A DNA stretch of 64,000 bases, taken from contig DAOUSR010000001.1 of NCBI GenBank assembly GCA_030627125.1, positions 14,784-78,783 of the forward strand. The letters are read 5' to 3'. This stretch comes from Thioploca sp. (GTDB lineage: Bacteria > Pseudomonadota > Gammaproteobacteria > Beggiatoales > Beggiatoaceae). Shown here piece by piece: positions 21,586 to 31,441 of this stretch. The notes below the pieces were generated by a model. The model saw nothing but the letters and a program-made list of their open reading frames with translations, did no database searches and was not told the origin of the DNA. Positions within the stretch are counted from its first letter, which is position 1; each line of letters begins with the position of its first letter. The translations under genes were made by a program, and so were the position numbers.

Positions 21586-23871
21586 TTAATGATTCAGAAA
21601 AACTCCTAATTGTCTATCTTGTTTATTGATATGTATAATAAACCATTCGATTAATTCTTCTTTAATGCGTAAAGTTAGGTATAAATTGCTACCATTATTT
21701 TCATAATATTTTATAATACTTTTTAAATTATTTATAAATTTTTCGTGTTGATTTTTATGGATGGTATAGAGCGGATAATTATTTTGCTTCATGTAACGTT
21801 CTTCAGTGGAAAAATGCACAGTGACATAACTTTTTAAAAAATTAATTTTTTCTACTATTTCATTATCTGATTGGCTTTTAGCTATTGCTAACATTAACTG
21901 TTTCATCCTAACAAATAATTCCCGATGTTGATTATCTATAGTTTTATTATGAATTGCTAACTCCGTAGTCCAGTCAGTTTTTTTGATTAACTCTTCCCAT
22001 AATTCAATATTTTTAGTATTTAAAAATTTCTCACAACGTTGTACATATAATTTCGCAACTGTATCGTAGGGATTAGTTTGTAAGCATTTTCGCATTAATT
22101 GTTCAGTTTCAACAAATTTTTGTTGCTGATATAAATTAACTGCTTGTTCAAATAGTTCTAAATTGGCTAATTTACCATCTTTAATATTTGGTTCTTCACT
22201 ATTAAAAATCTCAAAAATATTAAGACATGCAGACCGTCCTTTAACCTTGATATTGTCAATAAATCGATATTTATATAGTGAAGCATCCACCAAAGTATCA
22301 AAAGTATTTTGACTTATAATACATGAAATCTGATAAGTTTTAGTAGCAGTTTCAAGTCGAGAAGCAACATTTACCGTATCACTAATAACAGTACATTGAA
22401 GTCGTTTTTTTTCACCAATAATACCCAACATTAATTTACCAGTATTAAGCCCTATTCCAGCTTCAATTCCTTGATGTTTTTGAGCTTTTATCATAGCAAT
22501 AGCTGCATTTACTGCATCATCCGCATTAATAAACAAAGCCATAACGGCATCACCTATGTATTTGTCAATGATACCATGATTAGTATGAATAATTGGGATA
22601 ATTTCACTAAGATAGGCATTGATAAAATTAAAATTTTCTTGTGGCGACATTTTTTCCGATAGACTAGTGAAGGAACGAATATCTGAGAACAATACTGTCA
22701 TATTCAATTCTACATGGTTACCTAATTGAATATCAAGTATATTTTTTTTATTTAACAATTGTAACAATTCATTAGGCACAAACCGTGAATAAGCTTGATT
22801 AGTTTTCCGCAATACTATTCGAGCATAAAAAAAAGTCAATAATATTATGCTACCAGTAAAAATAAGATAGGTTATAAAAATAACTTGAGCATTTTGTTTA
22901 AGCTTTGTAGCAGACATTCTTAATTCAGAAGAAATTTTATTTTCCACCTGTTTTAATAGATTAATTCTACCAGTTGCCATTTTCCACCAACTATTCGGTC
23001 CTGTCATGACTACAACGGATTGTAATATTTCATAATCTAGCAATTTAGGTTGGTTATCTGATTTGAAAAAATCGGTAAATCTATGTTTATAATTATTTTT
23101 GACATTCTTCTTGAAAACAGTTGCTCTAATATTATTGATTTCATCAATAAATTTTCCTTGTATAATATCTGTATAGAATTGTTTTTGACTATCAGTTGCT
23201 AGAAATAAAAAATTTTCGCTATAGATATTCTGGGCTTCAATTAAAGCAATTATATCTCGAAATAGATTAGAATTAAAGTCACCTTGGATTAAAGTCGCAT
23301 ATATAGTAGCTCTCTCTATACCAGCCTTTTCCTTGAGTCGTAATAAATAAACATAAGGCATTATTTTATTAGCAAATTCATTACTAGAAAGTGTTTTTGC
23401 TATATGATTAATGTCAGTCAAAATCATAGCAATAAGTTCGTTATAAATATGTATTTGTTGGTGTACTGAAATATTAAAATTATCAATAGAATGTCTTTTA
23501 TTAGCAATTATATTTAACTCATCCAAAACTATTTTAAACTTATTACGAATATCATTAGTACCAAACTTCACTAAAAACTCACTCAATTCTTGTTTAGCCT
23601 TATCAGTTTTAAATCTTTGTTTTTGAAGTTCGGGAAATTGTTTAATACCATTACTACTAATCATACCAGCAGAGATACCTCTTTCTTTCTGTAATTCATG
23701 GATTAACGCACTTGACTTAACAGTAATTTCAAAGAAATCTTGTAACTGATTCATTTGTCTAACTATATTTAACTTTTCCAAAGTGATAGTTGTAGTGAAG
23801 TAAATTAGTCCTAGCATTGGAATAGCTAACATAAAAGCTAATTTATTAGTTATTTTTATATTTCTTAGCAT
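21586..23871 (-). CDS. Membrane class III adenylate cyclase with a periplasmic NIT domain and a C-terminal hemerythrin domain
   Basis: Two TM segments; HELQKERG and KEKAGIERA (NIT); FSDIRSFT, DKYIGD and TVISDTVNVASRLE (cyclase); IDNQH, HFSTEE, HKNQH and HINKQD (hemerythrin). Confidence 0.85.
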   Translation of the reverse strand: MLRNIKITNKLAFMLAIPMLGLIYFTTTITLEKLNIVRQMNQLQDFFEITVKSSALIHELQKERGISAGMISSNGIKQFPELQKQRFKTDKAKQELSEFLVKFGTNDIRNKFKIVLDELNIIANKRHSIDNFNISVHQQIHIYNELIAMILTDINHIAKTLSSNEFANKIMPYVYLLRLKEKAGIERATIYATLIQGDFNSNLFRDIIALIEAQNIYSENFLFLATDSQKQFYTDIIQGKFIDEINNIRATVFKKNVKNNYKHRFTDFFKSDNQPKLLDYEILQSVVVMTGPNSWWKMATGRINLLKQVENKISSELRMSATKLKQNAQVIFITYLIFTGSIILLTFFYARIVLRKTNQAYSRFVPNELLQLLNKKNILDIQLGNHVELNMTVLFSDIRSFTSLSEKMSPQENFNFINAYLSEIIPIIHTNHGIIDKYIGDAVMALFINADDAVNAAIAMIKAQKHQGIEAGIGLNTGKLMLGIIGEKKRLQCTVISDTVNVASRLETATKTYQISCIISQNTFDTLVDASLYKYRFIDNIKVKGRSACLNIFEIFNSEEPNIKDGKLANLELFEQAVNLYQQQKFVETEQLMRKCLQTNPYDTVAKLYVQRCEKFLNTKNIELWEELIKKTDWTTELAIHNKTIDNQHRELFVRMKQLMLAIAKSQSDNEIVEKINFLKSYVTVHFSTEERYMKQNNYPLYTIHKNQHEKFINNLKSIIKYYENNGSNLYLTLRIKEELIEWFIIHINKQDRQLGVFLNH

Positions 23872-24047
23872 GGTTTGTCTTAATTTAGGTTAGAATTTTA
23901 AATTGTAGATTTTTCATAATTTGAATCCAAGGTTTATTATCTAAAGTTTGTAAAAATCTCCTGAATTTAAGGATTCTCTATATTATAAACCTAAAACAAT
24001 TACAATACTAACGCTATATGTAACTTTCATGAAATATTATATAATAT

Positions 24048-24183
24048 CAATAATTCGGACAGTTTTTAAAAAATAGACCCAAGTTAAAAATTAATTCATT
24101 GAAATTGAAGCATTTTATAGTTTTATCGTGAAAATAAAAAATACTTTAATAACAAATAGTTATAAAAACTGTCCGAACCATTG
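24048..24183. mobile_element. MITE, 136 bp, with terminal inverted repeats and a 6-bp target-site duplication
   Basis: CAATAATTCGGACAGTTTTTA ... TAAAAACTGTCCGAACCATTG, flanked on both sides by TAATAT; related copy at 39155. Confidence 0.8.
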
Positions 24184-24328
24184 TAATATAAAAAAATAAG
24201 TATTTTGTCACTGTTTGATATCAGTTTATGTTTTTATATATCTTATTTTTGATATTTCTTAGTATCCATAACTTTTTGCTTCTATACAAGTTTTAATACG
24301 GTAACATTGTCTGTATGCTAAATATAGC

Positions 24329-24357
24329 TTGACAATTAGTTGATTAATTTATATTAT
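24329..24357 (+). promoter_or_regulatory. Sigma70 promoter for rplM-rpsI
   Basis: TTGACA, 17-bp spacer, TATTAT. Confidence 0.7.
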
Positions 24358-24364
24358 ATTCTGT

Positions 24365-24498
24365 TGGTTATCCTGTAAAAAAACAAATTATTATTAGTCC
24401 AAATTAGCGAAGCGTAACTATACGACTATGCAGGACTAATGCTAAATCTTAAATAGATTTCTAATTGAAACAAATTATCAGTTAGACAGGATTTACCA
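24365..24498 (+). promoter_or_regulatory. Structured 5' leader of rplM (multibranch RNA)
   Basis: A closing helix and three internal hairpins start a few bases after the -10 box. Confidence 0.5.
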
Positions 24499-24576
24499 GT
24501 ATAATTTGTTTAAGAAATCACGATGACTTGAAAATGAAATGGACAACTTTGTCCAACAAATTAGGAACAGTCGTAA

Positions 24577-25011
24577 ATGAAAACTTTTGTTGCCAAACCT
24601 AAAAATATTACGCATGGTTGGTTTGTTGTTGATGCTAATAATTTAGTTTTAGGAAGGCTTGCTAGTGAAGTTGCCAAGCGTTTGCGAGGTAAACATAAAC
24701 CAGAATATACACCACATATCGATACTGGTGATTATATCGTTATAATCAATGCTGAAAAAATACGAGTTACTGGACGCAAACAAACCGATAAAATGTATTA
24801 TCATCATACCGGTTATCCGGGTGGTATTAAATCAATTAGTTTCGATAAATTACAAGCCAAAACACCAGAAAAAATTATTCAGTTAGCTGTTAAACGTATG
24901 TTACCAAGGGGGCCGCTTGGACGAGATATGTTTCGTAAATTAAAAGTTTATGCTGGTCCAGAACATGAGCATTCAGCTCAACAACCTATTCCATTGACTT
25001 TAGATATCTAA
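24577..25011 (+). CDS. rplM: 50S ribosomal protein L13
   Basis: [29 protein letters not shown]. Confidence 0.98.
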   Translation: MKTFVAKPKNITHGWFVVDANNLVLGRLASEVAKRLRGKHKPEYTPHIDTGDYIVIINAEKIRVTGRKQTDKMYYHHTGYPGGIKSISFDKLQAKTPEKIIQLAVKRMLPRGPLGRDMFRKLKVYAGPEHEHSAQQPIPLTLDI

Positions 25012-25015
25012 TTTT

Positions 25016-25405
25016 ATGACAGAACAATATTATGGCACTGGGCGACGTAAAAGTTCTACAGCCCGAGTATTTCTTCGTTCCGGAGAAGGTAAAATTACGG
25101 TTAATTCCCGTCCACTTGACGAATATTTTGGGCGTGAAACTGCTAGAATGGTAGTACGTCAACCTTTGAAAGTGGTAGATAGGGAAGATACTTTTGATAT
25201 TTTTGTGACAGTGCGTGGTGGTGGTAATACTGGCCAAGCCGGTGCAATTCGCCACGGATTAACTAGAGCTTTGATGGTATATGATGAAAGCTTCCGGGCT
25301 TCATTACGCAAAGCTGGATTTGTTACTCGTGATGCTCGTAAAGTTGAACGTAAGAAAGTTGGTTTACATAAAGCTCGTAAACGGCCACAATATTCAAAAC
25401 GTTAA
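25016..25405 (+). CDS. rpsI: 30S ribosomal protein S9
   Basis: [14 protein letters not shown] ... [11 protein letters not shown]. Confidence 0.98.
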   Translation: MTEQYYGTGRRKSSTARVFLRSGEGKITVNSRPLDEYFGRETARMVVRQPLKVVDREDTFDIFVTVRGGGNTGQAGAIRHGLTRALMVYDESFRASLRKAGFVTRDARKVERKKVGLHKARKRPQYSKR

Positions 25406-25440
25406 TTGCTTATTCGGGAATCATGAAATTCCCGAAACTA

Positions 25441-25514
25441 TGGGGGATCGTTTAGTGGTAGGACTATGGACTCTGACTCCATCAACCCAGGTTCGAATCC
25501 TGGTCCCCCAGCCA
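25441..25514 (+). tRNA. tRNA-Gln (anticodon CTG)
   Basis: TGGGGGA/TCCCCCA acceptor stem, ATGGA-CT-CTG-AC-TCCAT anticodon arm, GGTTCGAATCC T arm, encoded CCA end. Confidence 0.95.
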
Positions 25515-25544
25515 ACTTGATACATTTGATATTATATGTACGCC

Positions 25545-26624
25545 TTAAATCTCCACTACAAAAATAGAACCTTGGGGCTGATTAGGCCGAACTGAAATTG
25601 TGCCACCATGAGCATCAACAGCCATTTTACAAAAAGTTAAACCCAACCCTACCTGTACAATACCTTGTTTTTTTAAATCCACAACTTCAAATTTTTCAAA
25701 GATTCGGTTTTTATATTCTTCTGGAATACCACTACCTTGATCCATAACCTGCATACATAAATGGGGTTTATTGTCAGTGTATTTAGTGCTTAAACTTAAT
25801 GTAACTGCACTACCACTTGGTGAATATTGCAAAGCATTAGCTAATAAATTACCAATCACTCGCCAAAATAAATTACGATCTAATTGCATTGAGAATGATG
25901 GATTAGGTAATACTAGTTTAAGTTCAATACCTTTTGAGTGGGCAATAATATTAAAGTGTTTTTTTGCTTCTGAAATTATCTGATTAACATCAACTATGGT
26001 GGGGTTTAAACGTAATTTGCTCTCCTCCATTTTTGCTAACATCAACATATCATTGACAAAAGAATCAAGTCGTTCTGCTGATAAACGAATCATTTCTAAA
26101 TGTTTTTTTAATTCTACATCTTTAATCTTTTCTTCCATTAACGTTGCATGTAGAAGTACAGAAATAATTGGACTAGACATATCATGCACAATCATATTAG
26201 ATAATTCTTCACGCATTTGTAATGTGGCTTGCAACTCATCATATTGTTTTTTAATGCGTAACATGGAACGTACTCTGGCCCGTAATTCCAATGAGGTCAC
26301 TGGTTTTTGTAAAAAATCATCTGCACCAGCATCAATTCCTTGAGTTAAGGCTTTTTTGGTATCTAAAATAGTAACTAAAATTATGGGGATATTTTGAAAT
26401 TGAGCATTAGTTTTAATTCTATGGCAGATTTCAAAACCATCTATTCCTGGCATCATTAAATCTAGAATAATTAAGTCTGGCATTGTTCTAGCTAACTCTG
26501 CAAATATTTTTCTACCATCTGCCAACAATGTTATATCATAATTTTCTTGTTTTAACATGGACTCTAGCTTTATGCGCTGACTTTGTTCATCATCAACAAT
26601 CAAAATTTTGCTACGTGGTCTCAT
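25545..26624 (-). CDS. Hybrid receiver-histidine kinase (REC-HisKA-HATPase)
   Basis: ILIVDD..LDLMMP; IVHDMSSP H-box; NLLANA, DQGSG and GLGL boxes. Confidence 0.9.
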   Translation of the reverse strand: MRPRSKILIVDDEQSQRIKLESMLKQENYDITLLADGRKIFAELARTMPDLIILDLMMPGIDGFEICHRIKTNAQFQNIPIILVTILDTKKALTQGIDAGADDFLQKPVTSLELRARVRSMLRIKKQYDELQATLQMREELSNMIVHDMSSPIISVLLHATLMEEKIKDVELKKHLEMIRLSAERLDSFVNDMLMLAKMEESKLRLNPTIVDVNQIISEAKKHFNIIAHSKGIELKLVLPNPSFSMQLDRNLFWRVIGNLLANALQYSPSGSAVTLSLSTKYTDNKPHLCMQVMDQGSGIPEEYKNRIFEKFEVVDLKKQGIVQVGLGLTFCKMAVDAHGGTISVRPNQPQGSIFVVEI

Positions 26625-26828
26625 AATGCCCTTTTTAATTAGCTTATAGATTCGAGGAGATTTTTAGATATATTAACAGGATGTTAACAAAAGCTCAAAG
26701 AAATGACTAAGAAATTTTCTTAAAATTCAAGTTATGTTAATATTTTTAGGTACTGTTGTTATTATAAATTGATGTTACGCAAATTCTAACTGCCCTTCCT
26801 TGGGAATGATTAGGGGAAGTAACATCAG

Positions 26829-28361
26829 TTATATACTACTTAAAATAACTTGAGAAATCACTTTTAATAGTTTTTCTGGATCGATTGGTTTGGTAAGATA
26901 TTGATTACAACCTATTTCAAGTGCATAATTACGATCACATTCAATATTAGAACCAGATAAAGCAATAATAGGCTTAGTAAATTTTTTAGCTCTTAATTTT
27001 TGTACTGCCCCATAACCATCAAGTACTGGCATTTGCATGTCCATCAAAATTATATCTGGTTTAGTTTGTAGTGCTAATTTAACTGCTTCATCTCCATCAT
27101 TTGCGGTTATCACTGCATAACCATCATTTTCTAAATATAATTCTATTAAACTCCGCAGATCAACACTATCATCAACCAGTAATATTTTAATATTACTATT
27201 ACTTATCTCGGTATTATCTGAGACTGAAAATTGTACCGAATTAGCAGATATAAATCCAGTAAAATTGGAACCAAATTGTGGTGATGATTCAACAGAAAGT
27301 TGTCCTCCCATTAGTTCCACTAAATGATAACTGATTGCCAATCCTAAACCAACACCAGGTAAAGCATTAGCCGTACTTTCACGATGAAAAGCAGTAAAAA
27401 TTTTCGGCTGTGATTCTGGAGAAATACCTGGGCCACTATCTGTAACAATAAATTCTAAACGATTATTTTGCCAAGTTATTTTTACTTCTACAAAACCTTT
27501 ATCAGTAAATTTTATGCCATTAGTTATTAAATTTATTAAAACTTGGCGGAATCTCAATTCATCAATAATTAGTTGTGTTGGTAAATTATCAGGAACTTCA
27601 ACACTAAACATCAAATTTTTTTCTTGAGCGATTGGTAAAAATAGAGATTTTAAATCAACCAGCAGTTGTTTAACGTTACAATTGTTAGGATGTATTTCTA
27701 TTTGACCAATTTCTAATTTTGTCTGGTCGAGGATATTATCAATTAAAGATAATAAATGATTAGCATTTTTTTTGACGCTATCTAAATAATTAGATTCATA
27801 TACATCGGCTTGTTTAGCATCATCTAATAATTTAGTATAACCCATAATTGAGGTCAATGGGGTACGCAGTTCATGTGATAATGTAGCTATAAAATCATTT
27901 TTTAACTTACTAGTTTGTTCAAGTTGTTGTTTTTCTGCAGATAGTTTTATTCTAGTAGTTTCTAATTCTTGCAATAATTGGCTTTGTCTATAAGTTAAAA
28001 TACTTAATTCATTCACTTGCTGCTGCATTTTTTGCTGTCTATCATGTTCAGCAGTTACATCAAGCAATAATACATAAATACCATCTTCTAAAGGTACAAT
28101 ATGTACGTGAATACAACGATTACCTCCTATATTTAGATATTGTAATACCTCAGTATGAGTTATATCCAAAAAACCGTTCAGAAAATCTACTTGGTCAACA
28201 ACTAATTTATCTTTGGTTAATGTGGTTAAGCCATAACGTTGTGGATATCCGCCCCAATCAATTAAGCGACCTTCTGCATCAATATGTAGATAAGTCAAAA
28301 TCATTTCTGCCATCCACATTGATTGAACATATTCAATGACACTTGCAGGAATGTTAGTCAT
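26829..28361 (-). CDS. Hybrid histidine kinase with an uncharacterised PAS-like input domain (input-HisKA-HATPase-REC)
   Basis: SHELRTPL, NLITNGIKFT, DSGPG, GLGL; C-terminal REC (LMDMQMP, KP). Confidence 0.9.
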   Translation of the reverse strand: MTNIPASVIEYVQSMWMAEMILTYLHIDAEGRLIDWGGYPQRYGLTTLTKDKLVVDQVDFLNGFLDITHTEVLQYLNIGGNRCIHVHIVPLEDGIYVLLLDVTAEHDRQQKMQQQVNELSILTYRQSQLLQELETTRIKLSAEKQQLEQTSKLKNDFIATLSHELRTPLTSIMGYTKLLDDAKQADVYESNYLDSVKKNANHLLSLIDNILDQTKLEIGQIEIHPNNCNVKQLLVDLKSLFLPIAQEKNLMFSVEVPDNLPTQLIIDELRFRQVLINLITNGIKFTDKGFVEVKITWQNNRLEFIVTDSGPGISPESQPKIFTAFHRESTANALPGVGLGLAISYHLVELMGGQLSVESSPQFGSNFTGFISANSVQFSVSDNTEISNSNIKILLVDDSVDLRSLIELYLENDGYAVITANDGDEAVKLALQTKPDIILMDMQMPVLDGYGAVQKLRAKKFTKPIIALSGSNIECDRNYALEIGCNQYLTKPIDPEKLLKVISQVILSSI

Positions 28362-28391
28362 TTATTTTATCTCCATAATTATTTTTAGAGT

Positions 28392-28417
28392 AAGGGGTTA
28401 AAATTTTATCCCCCTAC
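28392..28417 (-). repeat. GTAG-type REP-like palindrome
   Basis: Minus strand GTAGGGGGATAAAATTTTAACCCCTT. Confidence 0.5.
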
Positions 28418-28441
28418 ATATATTATTTTAAAACTTAATAT

Positions 28442-28945
28442 TTATTTAGTCATAAGTAATGCTAATTCCAAAAATGCTTGTTCTACATTCATACCGTTTT
28501 TAGCACTAGTAAGTAATAGTTTCCAGCCTTGTTTAGTTTTTTCTTCCATTAATTCCTCAGTAATTTCCCATTGTTCTTTTAAATCAGCTTTATTTAATAA
28601 TATGACAAAAGGTTTATCACCAATTTGTTTTAAAACTGTTTGTCGTAAATTTAAAGCACTATCCCACGTTGGACGACGAGTTCCATCGACTACTAGCAAA
28701 AATCCGGCTGAACCACGCAAATAAGATGTAGTTGCTGTTGTCAAAGATTCGCTACCAGCAATATCCCATAAAATAAATTTTATTTGATTGCCATCTGGTA
28801 ATGTTAATAATTTTGTATCTATCTTAACTCCTACTGTAGTTAGATATTTGTCAGAAAAAGTTTGACGTACGAATCTAGCAACTAAACTGGTTTTACCAAC
28901 CGAGAAATCACCAATCATACAAATTTTTTTCTGTAGTATTGCCAC
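28442..28945 (-). CDS. Rab/Ras-like small GTPase
   Basis: G1 GDFSVGKT, G2 YLTTVG, G3 WDIAG, G4 NKAD, G5 TSAK; AGGAG RBS before the GTG start. Confidence 0.9.
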   Translation of the reverse strand: MAILQKKICMIGDFSVGKTSLVARFVRQTFSDKYLTTVGVKIDTKLLTLPDGNQIKFILWDIAGSESLTTATTSYLRGSAGFLLVVDGTRRPTWDSALNLRQTVLKQIGDKPFVILLNKADLKEQWEITEELMEEKTKQGWKLLLTSAKNGMNVEQAFLELALLMTK

Positions 28946-28979
28946 AAATTCTTCTCCTTAAAATTCTTTTAAGAAAATT

Positions 28980-29480
28980 TTAATAAAATTTTTTCTTACA
29001 TACAGTCGCTAAAGACTGTAGTTTTTTAATTATAAACTGATTTTTAAATTTATCAATTTGCTTAATAGCTGTAGTATTTTCTTCTAAAGCTTGTAACAGT
29101 TGATTTTTATAAACAGTCAACAATTTAAGGTCGTTAATCTGTTGTTGCATTTTTTGTTGCTGTTTATATTCAGAAGTTGCATCAAATAATAATACATAAG
29201 TGCTATTATCACAAGATATAATATGTACATGAGTATAATACCCTTCAGCGAAACTTACAAAGCGTAATACAATAGTATCAGTAGTTGGTAACATACCTTC
29301 TAAAAACCCCAATTGCTCAATAATAGGTTGTTTAATTGTCAAATCCGATATTCCTAAACAAATGAGGTCTCCTTTCCAACTAATTAGATTATCATATTCG
29401 TCAATATGTAAACAAACTACTATATTCGCTTCTCTGATAGAACTAATGTATTTTGCAACGCTTATGGGGAATGCGGTCAT
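28980..29480 (-). CDS. Stand-alone paralog of the input domain of the 26829-28361 kinase
   Basis: Shared LHID..LI.W.G, FL.G.L, HVHI, YVLL.D.T.E...QQKMQQQ.N.L..LT; AGGAG RBS supports the start at 29480. Confidence 0.75.
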   Translation of the reverse strand: MTAFPISVAKYISSIREANIVVCLHIDEYDNLISWKGDLICLGISDLTIKQPIIEQLGFLEGMLPTTDTIVLRFVSFAEGYYTHVHIISCDNSTYVLLFDATSEYKQQQKMQQQINDLKLLTVYKNQLLQALEENTTAIKQIDKFKNQFIIKKLQSLATVCKKKFY

Positions 29481-29759
29481 TTTGTTTCTCCTATGTCTCA
29501 TATGCAGTTAGATAAATTAAAAACTGGTAAATTTAATTATTTTCTATGACTACCAAGGTTTTTCTTAAGTATTAAGCAAAAAATAAACCATTTTTAAAAC
29601 ATTAGTTATAGAAAACTGTAAAATACAATTAATATTCCACATATATTAAATTTTATTCGTATCATGATATAGCAGAGTGACCGCATTAAAGATGAATTAC
29701 CAAACACAAGCTTAGCTTGATAATCATCATTCCAATAAATGAATATAAAATATTGATTT

Positions 29760-29786
29760 GTAGGGGTAATCCCTTGTGGTTACCCT
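29760..29786 (+). repeat. GTAG-type REP-like palindrome
   Basis: GTAGGGGTAATCCCTTGTGGTTACCCT. Confidence 0.75.
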
Positions 29787-29990
29787 AACCAATTTTCTTA
29801 ACTTAATAAGAATTGACGCTGGTGCATGAGAACTAGAGAAAAATTGAGTAGGAATGAGCAATTATCATCCGTGTTATAATAATCAAATTAATCCTAGACA
29901 GAATTATAACTTTATGATAATCCAAAAAATTAAAAATGGATAAAAATATGGTTACTTTGAAAATAGAATTCACCAAAACAACTTTGAACA

Positions 29991-30758
29991 ATGAACCTTT
30001 TATTTAAATATACAGAACTCATTTTATATAAAACTTATGCTGATCTAAAAGCAGAAACTGAACGTACTTATTTAGGTTTCCTCTGGTGGATTTTTGAACC
30101 TGTTATGTATATGAGTGTATTTTATGTATTTTTTGGAATATTATTAGGCCATCGTACTGATGATTATGTACCATTTTTATTAATCGGATTAACTTCTTGG
30201 CAATGGCTTAAATCATGCGTATCTCATGGAGCAGAAACAATTAAAGGAGCAACTGCACTTATGCAACAAGTTCATTTGCCTAAGGTAGTTTTTCCGATTA
30301 TTTTAGTTCTCACTGATACAGTTAAATTTTTATTTATATTATCTTTATTACTTATATTTTTATGGTTATATGGATATAGTATTGGTATAGCTTATTTCGC
30401 CTTACCACTAGTTTTAATCGTGCAAATGCTATTTGTGTTGGCATTTACATTTTTTTTGGCTGCTATAATCCCTTTTGTACCAGATTTACGCTTTGTAGTA
30501 GAAAATATTTTATTAGCCCTCTTTTTTATGTCTGGAGTAATGATAAGTTCCGATATAGTTCCAGAAGCTTATCAAGGTTTTTATCATTTAAATCCGATTG
30601 TTACCATTATTGAATCTTATCGTGATATTTTAATGCACAATGTATGGCCTAATAGTTCTGCACTATTGATTATTTCTGTAATTTCACTTATTTGCATCTG
30701 GTTAGGAGCAAAATTGATAGCTCGATTTGAATATATTTATCCAAAAATAATAGTATGA
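29991..30758 (+). CDS. wzm: Polysaccharide export ABC transporter permease (Wzm-like)
   Basis: LGFLWWIFEP, multiple TM segments, LNP motif; ATGA overlap with the ATPase gene. Confidence 0.8.
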   Translation: MNLLFKYTELILYKTYADLKAETERTYLGFLWWIFEPVMYMSVFYVFFGILLGHRTDDYVPFLLIGLTSWQWLKSCVSHGAETIKGATALMQQVHLPKVVFPIILVLTDTVKFLFILSLLLIFLWLYGYSIGIAYFALPLVLIVQMLFVLAFTFFLAAIIPFVPDLRFVVENILLALFFMSGVMISSDIVPEAYQGFYHLNPIVTIIESYRDILMHNVWPNSSALLIISVISLICIWLGAKLIARFEYIYPKIIV

Positions 30759-31438
30759 AACAAGAACAACCAGTATTATCACTGCGTAACGTAGGTATAT
30801 CTTATAAACGGAGAATATTTAGTGAGCCTTTTTGGGCGATCAAAGATGTTTCATTTGATCTATATCACGGGGAAACTCTAGGCATTATTGGCCGTAATGG
30901 AGTTGGTAAAAGCACTCTATTGCGCATGATGGCAGGGATTATTAAACCTGATACAGGAACTTTTGTAAACAACGGTTATAGTGCTTCTCTATTATGTTTG
31001 CAATTAGGTTTTATAGCTCATTTAAGTGGTCGGGAAAATGCCATATTAAGCGGCATGTTGATGGGATTGCGAAAGAAAGAAATAAAAGCTAAAATAGATG
31101 CTATTTTGGAGTTTTCGGAATTAGGTGATTTTTTTGATGAACCGATTGCAACTTATTCTTCCGGAATGAAAGCCCGCTTAGGTTTTTCAGTAGCTTTTCA
31201 AGTTGATCCGGATATTTTACTAGTAGACGAAGTCTTGGGAGTTGGAGATGAACGATTTCGGCAAAAATCTACTAAAGTAATGCAGGAAAAAATTCGTTCT
31301 AACAAAACTATTGTATTTGTCTCCCATCAAGCTGCAATAATTGAACAATTGTGCAATCGTGTGATATGGATAGAAGAAGGTGTTAGTAAAGCCGAAGGTA
31401 CACCGAAAGAAATTTTCGCAGAATATAATAAATTATAA
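30755..31438 (+). CDS. wzt: Polysaccharide export ABC transporter ATPase (Wzt-like, no C-terminal domain)
   Basis: GRNGVGKST, YSSGMKARLGF, DEVLGVGD. Confidence 0.8.
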   Translation: MKQEQPVLSLRNVGISYKRRIFSEPFWAIKDVSFDLYHGETLGIIGRNGVGKSTLLRMMAGIIKPDTGTFVNNGYSASLLCLQLGFIAHLSGRENAILSGMLMGLRKKEIKAKIDAILEFSELGDFFDEPIATYSSGMKARLGFSVAFQVDPDILLVDEVLGVGDERFRQKSTKVMQEKIRSNKTIVFVSHQAAIIEQLCNRVIWIEEGVSKAEGTPKEIFAEYNKL

Positions 31439-31441
31439 AAT

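Noticed and set aside
25441-29500. Genomic island integrated at tRNA-Gln
   Set aside because: No integrase, and I found no repeat of the tRNA 3' end.
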